DNA from: Octopus vulgaris
Lineage: Eukaryota
NCBI GenBank assembly: GCA_951406725.2
Contig: OX597825.1
Location: 54,126,001 to 54,190,000, forward strand
DNA length: 64,000 nt
Direction of reading: 5' to 3'
The number at the start of each line of letters is the position of its first letter. The first letter of the stretch is position 1. Below are positions 54,166-64,000 of the stretch, piece by piece. The notes beneath the pieces are model-generated. The model searched no databases and was not told the origin of the DNA. It saw nothing but the letters and a program-made list of their open reading frames with translations. A program made the translations under genes and the position numbers.

Positions 54166-54730
54166 GTTTTACTTCTCAGAACGCTCAGTCTTGATTGATC
54201 TGGTAGATTCTGCGAGAGCGGACAGCAGCCTGCTGCCAGAGGTCTCGCAGGGTCTCTTTCTACACATTATAAACTTTGCTGCCCGGCTGTTAATTATCGA
54301 GAAAGACATTTGACATCCATGCACCAAGTGCCAATCTCAAAATCCTAGCTGTCCGCAGCAGAGTAGATTTGGGGGCTTGCTCTACTCTCATGTCAATTCC
54401 GATTTCTCAGGCATATTTCTCGAACTTGGTTGTTAGGGCTCCTAGAACTACTGGAATGACAGACACACTCCTCATAGTCCACATTCCTGCAATTTTTTCC
54501 TTTAGTAGTCTCTATTTTTCACTTAAGTGAAATCCAGGGAAGCTTTAGGCGAGAATATCTCAGAAGAACCAAATTCATTATGGCAAGTAGACTCAATGGA
54601 AAAAAAAAACAAGATCAGAGCAATGAACACATGGGCTGTGTACTTATTGCGACATGGTGCAGGTGTTGTTAGGTGGACAAAGAAGGAGCTTCAGGAAATG
54701 GACAGGATGACCAGAAAAGTGATGACAACA
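54166..54730 (-). mobile_element. R4/Dong fragment (family F) with 5' inversion
   Basis: Minus 54524-54166: EK*RLLKEKIAGMWTMRSVSVIPVVLGAL..TARILR, 3' UTR and TAA tail. Plus 54525-54730: RREYLRRTKFIMASRLNG/KNKIRAMNTWAV..DRMTRKVMT. Confidence 0.8.
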
Positions 54731-54747
54731 CTGGAAGTGCCGGTTCA

Positions 54748-55102
54748 CGTGATTTCAGCCTTTCTTGGCCTTGACGATGACAAAGACCGCAGCTAGACAT
54801 AGCAGCCGATTGTCCCATCAGTGATATGTATAGAATCTTAGTATCTGCTCAGGTAGTAGTGTCGCAAATAGCCAGTGATCTTACTACAAATAAATGGTGA
54901 TAGAGCCAGTGTTCATACCAAAAGCTGTTAATTTTTCCCTGAAAGTGAATGTTGTTAGGACACAGAATACGGCATTATTTATCATTACAGAACCTCTGAT
55001 ATGGGCTTGAAGTGCATAAAACCACATTGATGGAGGAATACACTGCTATGTCTTGCCGCGAACGTCTGTCATCTGACAAGGCCAAAAAAGGTTGAAATCA
55101 CG
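54748..55102. repeat. ~60-bp degenerate inverted repeats, ~240-bp spacer (MITE-like)
   Basis: CGTGATTTCAGCCTTTCTTGGCCTTG..GACATAGCAG versus CTGCTATGTC..CAAGGCCAAAAAAGGTTGAAATCACG. Confidence 0.65.
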
Positions 55103-56285
55103 GGATCTTGCAGTTTCGGCGGCCACAGTAGAACGTTATCGCCCGTCATTGATATAAACACAAGTGATTTATGCATTAATTATATATTTCTTCAGTATTA
55201 ATACAGCTTCCGTCGCTATTAATTATATTGTGATCAGCCCACTGGGGCGATTCCTATCACTCCATTACAAGTATTATCATAGCTCTCCTGCGGTAATCGA
55301 AGCATATGATCAATAATCCATTACTACTACTGAGTCACCACGTCCTGCAAACTCCCCAGCAAGCTCTTCTCATAACTCTTCGTTTCTCACTCTGTCCCGG
55401 TAAAAGATGACTTGGATTGAACGTAAGTTGTGTAGATGGAAGATGTCCAGCAACTGAAAGATCTTCCAAATCATCTCTGTTGATATAACAAGTATAACTG
55501 CAGCTGTTTCTTCATGGGGATAGTTTTTCGATCTTAATATTGGACGAAGGTGTTGGAATAGTGACGTTGCATTGCCTGTCCTGGTCTTCACTTCGAGCAG
55601 CAGAACTACCAATGTGTCGGAAATAGCTATCAGAATGAGAAACGGTTGTTTATCTTTACACATTTATTAATATAATACTACAAGCAATTATCCTATCCTG
55701 TGATTAAATATAGCAATACAGTCATACACACGGAACGTATTTTTATGAATACACATATCACTAAATCCTTACTCACAAGCATGCACATACACAGATATAC
55801 ACACTTATATACTCTCGCATGTACGGTCACATATATATGCACAATCACGCAGACACGCATTCACATACACAGTAAACGACAATGCATGCATTCTCACACA
55901 AGTACACAGTATCTCACGTGCATTTTCACACATATCCACACTAATACAAACACACAAGCACATACATTCACACTCAGGTACATATACATATTCAACCTGA
56001 TTATTTTTCTCGCCTTACTCTGACACTCATTCTCATAGACACACAAGCATACATACATACACACACGTGCACACACACAGTCATGTACGCATATTGACGT
56101 AGAAAGCGCATACCCTATAACGCATGCATCAACGTCATTTTTGCGCGGACGACTCCTCTATGCATTTCATTCGCACATACATTCAGAGTAACACATAAAC
56201 ACATGCACACTTACGCATATACGGACAGATATTTACAAGCCTCTTCTTATCTCTCTCTCTCTCTCTATCTATCTATCTATTTATC

Positions 56286-56342
<57 letters not shown>

Positions 56343-57448
56343 TCGGTATGTGGTAAGGCAATTCGTTGCCAAACCCTTTATTGCTTAGTATATATATATA
56401 TATATATATATCTTGCCTCTCACTCTAGCTCTTGTAAATACTGAAGCGCAGTTGCGCATAAACACATATACAGATTCATTTTGCCTCTATCTCTATCTCG
56501 TCCTTCACTGAACCTTATACATACACATTCACACATACTCACTAACTCAGAGACGCTTGTTCATATACGCAAACGTATACCGTTTGCTGCTCACTTCACT
56601 TTCTCACGGCGCCTCATACATCTAGACATATATTCTAACACTGACACGGACACTCGCTCATAAATAAAGATATATTCATTTTGCTCGTCCCACTATCTCT
56701 CTCCTCTCAACTGCACATCATATAAATATGTATAAATACACTCACACACAGACACACACACACACGCTCACATACACGCACACGTACACTCCCGTACACA
56801 CAATTATACAAACTCCCCATGTGACATTATATCCCTCGTTCCGCTCCTCCCACTCTGCTAGCTTAACCATACACGTAAACGCTAACACATACTCACAGAT
56901 ATGCACACACGCACACACTCTCTGTCACTCTCTTTCCTTCTCTCGCATTCTCTTTCCCCTTCTCTCTCACACCCAGGTGTCTGGGTGGATTATAGCAACA
57001 AGACATGTATTTAGTTTTCTATATGAAACAATGTGTATATGGTCACCGGGGAGCAAGGCAAGATTGATGTGACAAGTTCAATAGTATTAGAATGAGGCTC
57101 AGTGGAGATTAAATTCGTAATAGACGGAATTTATACATTATCCGGAAAATTGCTTTAGTAACAAAATCCCAGTTCCTGTCGGACACTTTGAATAGACCAA
57201 AACCATGTTGTAGTTACATTGCTATTTCATATTAACAGAATGCTATAGAACTATCAGTGAATGTTTATAGGAATATTATTAAATGTGTTAAGCACGTTAA
57301 TGTATGCGCTTAGCAAATCGGTGTTTGTTCAAACTCTCCTTGAAATAATATGTTATATTAAATTACATAGAGACGAGATAAAGGGCGTCACATGTGTGTG
57401 CGAGAGAGCACGTACGCGTGTGTATACGTATAATGTGCATGTTTATGA

Positions 57449-57482
<34 letters not shown>

Positions 57483-58597
57483 GTGCGTGGGTATGCATTT
57501 AATTGTGCATATGCATATACTTATATATCTCGTTTGTCATAACACCATGCGTTTACTGGAGTCATCTGCCTTAAAGTTGTGTATCAACGGGAAATTAACC
57601 AAGCAGAGCCCACGTTGTTTCAGGTGACACCCATGAGAGAGGAATATGAAATGAACACTGACTAGCTAATGAAATACTCATCAATTATGTAATTATCTCC
57701 AAGTGCTCACAGAACCGTGCTGTATCTAACCCTAGTTCACCATTCTACCAAGATAGAATGCCCTGTGTGCTGTTTCAGGATTAAAACCCTTGGTTCCGTT
57801 GAACTTGCAACAGTAACAGCAAAATAGCGAAATCGGAAAAATATTTTCATGATTTTGACGTTGATGTTCATGCGAATAGTTTGCCGGAGAGATAATAAAG
57901 ATGTTCGATTAATTTTCGTTGTATATGTTTGCGAAAGCTTTGCTCTGAAATAGTCTCAGTTCACTTACCCGAGCAAACTGAGCTACAGTTTAGTACAGAA
58001 AGAAGCCAATTGTTGTAGTGTTTTGAGGAGGGTAATTTGGCGAATAAGAAACACAAGCAACACTGGTTTTATCTTATTTCTTTTGATTGATATTTGTCAT
58101 CAAGTTAACCAATAAATTAATCGATAAATTCTTAATAGTTCAATCAATCAATCAATCAATCAAATAGCTAGTTTGTTAGAGTTCTTTCTTCGCCATTTAT
58201 GACTCGTCAATGACAAGACCTCTTTCCTTCAGTTCGGTCAGTTGAAATAGTGAAAGCAAAGTAAAATGAACACGTAATTTACTTGCATTGTTCGGTTTCA
58301 ATTTTTTCCAAATTTGCACTGTTTTTTTAACAAGTTGGCCTCAGTAAATACAAATAACAATTCTTCGATTTGCCAAATGAACACGCAAGAAAATATGAAT
58401 GCGAAACGTGTTCCCAACATTTTTCCGGCGATTTACTTTTGAAAGTTAATTTATACGGCACTTTACTTTATTCAGTCATTTGTGTCCAGTCTTGCACCAC
58501 AATGAAGCAACCGACAGAAAGGAAATTTAAAGTACCGTTTTAAATATCATTTCAAGTTCAAGTGACACAAAATCATATTTCTTTTATTTAAGAATCA

Positions 58598-59879
58598 TTG
58601 GGCGGTCCGGAAAGTTCGTGCGAGTTTTAAAGGAAAGAAAAAGGTCAATAAATACTTCACATTACAATTTTAATCAACCAAATATGAACCATTTTATTGC
58701 ACAATGCGTTTCCATCTTTCCTTTAACTTGAAAATACCTTCTACCCAGAATTGAGGTGGTTTCATGGCAAAGAATTCACCAAGGTATCTTTTTACGTCAT
58801 CCAAGGAAGTGAAATTTTTACCATTAAGACTATTCTGCAGAGACCTGAATAAGTGGAAATCCGAAGGAACAATATCTGGTGAAAATAGAGGGTGGGGTAA
58901 CACATCCCAGCCTAGCTGCAGCAATTTTTGTCTAGTTTCCAAAGAAACGTGTGCTCTTGCATTATCATGTTGGAAAACAACACCCTTCCTGTTGGCCAAT
59001 TCTGGACGTTTCTCTTGAATTGCTGCTTTTAACTCGTCCAGTTGTGTGCAGCATTTCTAAGAATTAATTGTCTGATTACTTGGGAGAAGCTCATAGTACA
59101 GAATTCCTTTCCAATCCCACCAGACACAAAGCAAGATATTTTAGGGTGAAGACCCGCTTTTGGGATGGTTATGGGTCACTCATGTCGCTCACTCCAGGAT
59201 CGCTTCCTCTGAACATTTCGGTAGATAATATATTTCTCATCATTTGTCACAATTTGCTTTAAACAACGGTGCGTTTTCATTCCGTTTATAAAGCAAATCA
59301 CAGATGGAAATGCGATCCAAAAGGTTCTCCTCACTCAACCCATGTGGTACCCAAACATCGTAGTGATTTGTGTACCCAAACTTTACCAGGTGCTCATAAA
59401 CGACGGATTTTGATAGGCTGAGGCTTTCTGCCAATTCTCGGGTTGTGCAATGTGGGTTATTCTCAGTTAATTACTTGATTTGGTCATCATCTGTAGTGGA
59501 TGGTCTGCCTGATCACTTTTTATCAATAAGGCTACAATCTCAGCTCGGAACCTTGCGAACCACTTCCGTACAGTTCTTTCGCATAAAGAAACATCAGCGT
59601 AAACTGCGCATATTTCTTTGGTTGCTTGTGGGGCATTTTTCCCTTTACGGAAAAAGAAAAGCATCAAGTGCCGAAAATGAATTTTCCTATTTTCCATTTT
59701 GAAGGGTTACAGAATTAACACAGATTATAGGAACATAAACCTTCTTCCACGAAAAGATAGCTTAATCTATGCTCTAAATGGAGGTATAATCAAATCCTAT
59801 TTTATGGACTTAACCATGTTCTAAAATAAGTCGAAAGGTAAGCTACTATATAACGGCACGAACTTTCCGGACAACCAAA
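58598..59879 (-). mobile_element. Full-length mariner transposon (mellifera-like), inactive
   Basis: TIRs TTGGGCGGTCCGGAAAGTTCGTGC / GCACGAACTTTCCGGACAACCAAA; TA on the right flank, CA (mutated TA) on the left. Confidence 0.9.
58670..59697 (-). pseudogene. Mariner transposase pseudogene
   Basis: MENRKIHFRHLMLFFFRKGKNA, WVPHGL, FQHDNARAH, FSPDIVPSDFHLF; multiple frameshifts. Confidence 0.9.
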
Positions 59880-60742
59880 TAATAGCGAACATATATCAGA
59901 ACTAGACACAGTCTTCTCAGTTCGACTACTTTATTTTCAACACAGTAACTTAGAAGTATATAATACACATCTTTAAATCCCAAGTGATACAAGGAACATA
60001 ATTTGCATTTTTCACAATGTATGCTTTCCAGAATTATTTTGCCTCGACTTCAAATTTTTAAACAATTATTAAAAACAATAATTATGAAAATAAACATTGC
60101 AAGGCGAAATTTATATGGGGTAAAATGTAACCTAGTTTGTAAGCCTTGATCTATCATAATGTCTCAGCTAGGAATTATACCCATGTAGCGAGTTCATTGG
60201 TTTGCAAGTGTTTATATTGGACGATAGTAGACAAGTAATCCTCGGGAACGTCGCTAATACTGGTAGCTCGTAAGAAAATATAAGTAGTATCTATTAAAGA
60301 TAAGGATTTTGAAACAGGTGAAATTTACGATAAAGACTAAAGAAATCGAATGCTTAGAAAAACAGATAAGAGTGGCAACTGATTAAACTTAACCAAGTTG
60401 TGCCATATGTTATCTAGCAGAGCTAAAGTAATCGACAGGAAGACGTAGAAATACAGACGATGAAACCTGTAGACGTTTTGAATTAATGAATCCCATTTGT
60501 GAGAATTAAGCACCAGCGCAGTCATAGACCGAATTTTCGACTGTATTAATGAAGAATGAATATTAAAATGGTAACTACAACATTTGAATCATCAAAATCC
60601 CTCAGTTTATATTTGAGCAGCTTCTGTTGCAAATGGTTAATTTATGTCGAGCACTGATGTAGTTACACGATCTGAATTAATCCAACTAGCATCAATAACT
60701 ACGCTAACAAGATTATTTGTATTATTTTTGTTTTTCCAAAAA

Positions 60743-60885
60743 GTCGTCGTCTTCTTCTTCTTCTTCTTCTTCTTCTTCTTCTTCTTCTTCTTCTTCTTCT
60801 TCTTCTTCTTCTTCTTCTTCTTCTTCTTCTTCTTCTTCTTCTTCTTCTTCTTCTTCCCTTACTCATCTCCATCTACTTCTTTCTC

Positions 60886-60963
<78 letters not shown>

Positions 60964-60976
60964 TTTATTTTTATTA
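60743..60976. repeat. (TCT)n and (TAT)n microsatellites
   Basis: Direct read. Confidence 0.95.
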
Positions 60977-61102
60977 TCAAAATTTTATACTTTGTTCTAT
61001 AATCTGTCAGCTTATAAACACGAAATACCGAAAAACACTGGATTAAATTCAGATTATTCCAATACTATACACAACTGCTGGATTAAAATGTGACGTTTAG
61101 CA

Positions 61103-61165
<63 letters not shown>

Positions 61166-61978
61166 CATACATACATAATACATACATACATACATATATA
61201 TACACACACAAACACATATATATATATATACACATACATATATATACACACACATACATATATGTACATACGTATGTATGTGCATGTATGAATGTGTGTA
61301 TATGCATTTATATGCATACGTGTGTATGTGTGCATGTATGCATTTAGGTATTTATGTACTTAAAAAAAAGAAACCCAACCTGAAAACAAGGAATTTTTAG
61401 CCTTTTTTTTAATGATTTTGTTTTCATTTCTTTTTCTGATTCATAAAGGCTCTTGAGAATTCTTCCTTTCATCAATCGGTATTTTAGTCTCTTTACTGAA
61501 ATATTAATCCTTCTCAAAAACAGTTTCAATCGTTCATGATTGATTATTTTCCCCCCAACCCTAGGATTAGGTTCTCATTTATGTTTTTCACTCAGAATTG
61601 ATTGAAGTGAAATATTAATTCTTCATATCCTGACCAATTCCACTGACCAAATCCTTCAATGCCACAAGAATCCATAACGCATATTTCGCTATTTATGTTT
61701 AGTATCAAAATTTATTGAAGGGAATTGAATGATGATAAAAAAAAATGGTAAGGCAACAAATTAAATGACTGAAACTCATTGGGCCTATTATTTTACGCTT
61801 TGTTTCGAAAATATGGTGGAATTGAATTTCACTGGTATTCATATACCAGTTACATTCTGGGGTTAAACTTCACTTTGGTCTCTGTGTTAGGTATCTCTCC
61901 TATCGATAACATCACAGTCCAGTGAGATAACAAGTCATCTTGTTTGTGTATTTCTGTGGTTGTTACCTATAATTTCTT

Positions 61979-62350
61979 AGACGCCAGCGTCGCTGTGTGG
62001 TAAGAAGCTTGCTTCGCAACCACATGGTTCGGGCTCAGTCCCACTGCGTGGAACCTTGAGCAAGTGTCTTCTACTTTAGCCCCGACCGACCAAAACATTG
62101 TGAGTAGATTACATAGACGATACCTGAAAGTAGCCTATTGTATATATTTACATATATCTGTATGCTAGTCTTTGTGTGTGAATTTTTCCCTGACTGTCAC
62201 TGTCGGTTTGTTTACATCCCTGTAACTTATCGGTCGGCCATAAGAAACTGATAAAAAGCAAAAAGTACTTGAGATCGATTTGTCCGACTAAATCCTTCAA
62301 GGTGGTGCCCCAGCATGGCTTCAGTCTACTCGTTGAAACAAATAAAAGAT
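61979..62350 (+). mobile_element. SINE family A, diverged
   Basis: GCTGTGTGGTAAGAAGCTTGCTT..CAGTCCCACTGCGTGGAACCTTGAGCAAGTG..GGTGGTGCCCCAGCATGG. Confidence 0.8.
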
Positions 62351-62372
62351 ACATGTCTAGTGAGAATACATT

Positions 62373-62414
<42 letters not shown>

Positions 62415-62950
62415 GAGGAGGAGGAGGAGGAGGAGGAGGAGGAGGAGGAGGAAGGAACATGGGTGGGATACCGGTGGAGGTGGTAGCCTCAGGGGTATTG
62501 GTGCGGGGGTGATGGTGGAGAATGGTTCTATGAGTGGTGATGGCGTTGCTGGTGCTGTTTGCAACAGTGTGATCATAGTTGTGGTTAATGCTATGGTTTA
62601 TTATAGTGGTGATAATAGTAGGAAAAGCGACTCCAGTTGTGGTAGTGGAGATAGTTTTGGATGTGTTTCAGTAGTTGTGGGGTCTGTATAAGAGATAGTT
62701 GTAGCGGTGAAACTAAATGTGGGACAGCATTGCTAAGAATTCTGACAAAAGCTCAGAATCTCCAAATGAACCGGAGTCAGCTAATGTGACCAATACTTTG
62801 GGGCATTGTTCTCTCTACTCATATCTATGAATTAGTAGTGTGGTACCTGGTGTGGTACCTGCTAACAGTTAAATGGTTTGGAATTATTCAGCCTTTTGTT
62901 TCTTGGCCTCGGATATGAAAAGACTTCTAATTCATCCTCCACCACACAAG

Positions 62951-63200
62951 CTTCTTCTTCTTAATCCTTTTTCCCCTTGTGGATCATAGGGCCTCAACTG
63001 TTGTTTCCCACTTTTTGCAGTCATTGGCGTGTTTCTTGGCTGCTTCCCATGTCAGGCCGGTGGTCCTCAGCTCGTCCAAAATGCTCCGCTTCCATGTCTG
63101 CTTCGGGCGTCCTCGCTTCCTTTTCGACTTCGTGTTCCACTCAAGTGCTTGTCGTGTCACATTTGAGGGTTCTTTCCGCAGTGTGTGTCCGATCTACCTC
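62951..63200 (-). mobile_element. RTE-clade LINE 3' end, 5'-truncated
   Basis: Minus strand IGHTLRKEPSNVTRQALEWNTKSKRKRGRPKQTWKRS..LTWE..W..VEAL followed by an (AAG)n tail. Confidence 0.8.
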
Positions 63201-63239
63201 ATAAGTTAGTCCTCAAAAAATTCCTTAAATACTTAGTTT

Positions 63240-63710
63240 GTCATCACACCATCCCGCACACACTAGCACTGTCCCCTTCCCGGCACCCACACCAGATCAC
63301 ACACTAGCACTGACCACTTCCCAGCACCTACACCATCATCTACACACCTACACATGTACACACACACGTCAATGTCAGCAGCCCCCTTCCACACGCAAGC
63401 ACACGCAAATACACGCTCTCACATACACACGCACGCGCACCTTCGTTTTGGGATCACCATCACTTTATTATCTTCCCTTCTTCCTAGTATTCCTGTATGA
63501 TCTCCCTGTCCGACATTCGCCATGATAGATCGCTAGCCACTATACCTTTTTCTATTTTCTCTCCCTGTTTATTTCTGTGTTCCTTTCTGTCGATAAGTGT
63601 AGGCTCGAAACGTAAAAGGCTTTCTCACTTCTCACTTCGTTTATTCTCACTTTGTTTATTCTTTTCATACCCGTCTTCGTCTTTTGATTTTTTTGTTTTT
63701 GTAAATTCTC
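63240..63710 (+). mobile_element. PLE 3' terminal-repeat fragment related to 45000-45445
   Basis: TTTCTGTCGATAAGTGTAGGCTCGAAACGTAA and CTTCGTCTTTTG match the PLE 3' end at 45311-45420. Confidence 0.65.
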
Positions 63711-63713
63711 TCG

Positions 63714-63777
<64 letters not shown>

Positions 63778-63780
63778 TTA

Positions 63781-63821
<41 letters not shown>

Positions 63822-63824
<3 letters not shown>

Positions 63825-63975
63825 CGACAGGCTTCTTCCGGTTTCTCTCTACCAAATCCACTCACAAGGCTATAATCGACTCGAGGCTATGGTAGAAAAC
63901 ATTTACCCAAGGTGCGGCACTGGGACTGAACCTGGAACGATGTAGCTGAGAAGCAGACTTCTTACTATGCAGCCG
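63822..63975 (-). mobile_element. SINE family A, 5' half
   Basis: TACGACAGGCTTCTT..ACCAAATCCACTCACAAGGC..GGGACTGAACC. Confidence 0.75.
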
Positions 63976-64000
63976 TTTACTTGTTATGCATAAGAAACGT

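Noticed and set aside
55370-55663. 97-aa minus-strand ORF with FQLLDIF, reminiscent of Ginger-type integrase
   Set aside because: The match is only a few residues and the flanking DDE motifs are absent

Overview
AT-rich, repeat-saturated eukaryotic (animal) DNA. The tRNA-derived SINE families and the microsatellite load resemble an octopus/cephalopod genome (inference, not database-checked). I find no confident host protein-coding exon. The window is built from mobile elements: (i) several families of R4/Dong-clade non-LTR retrotransposons (RT + CCHC + restriction-like endonuclease), nearly all anchored in (TAA)n microsatellites in a fixed orientation, including a 7-kb head-to-tail array (about 9.9-16.9 kb) and a young copy with an uninterrupted ~1170-codon frame (50199-53717, minus); (ii) a 5'-truncated Penelope-like element (RT + GIY-YIG) whose only in-frame stop is a TGA at a conserved Cys position, plus many PLE-type hammerhead-like termini; (iii) two full-length decayed mariner transposons with TIRs; (iv) two non-autonomous Helitrons; (v) three tRNA-derived SINE families; (vi) an RTE 3' end. 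The most unusual patterns are a recurring class of fold-back palindromes centred on the stem II position of hammerhead-like motifs, a shared pseudoknot-like 3' UTR fold across divergent Dong families, and a twin-priming-type 5' inversion in a Dong copy. All alignments and folds were done by eye.
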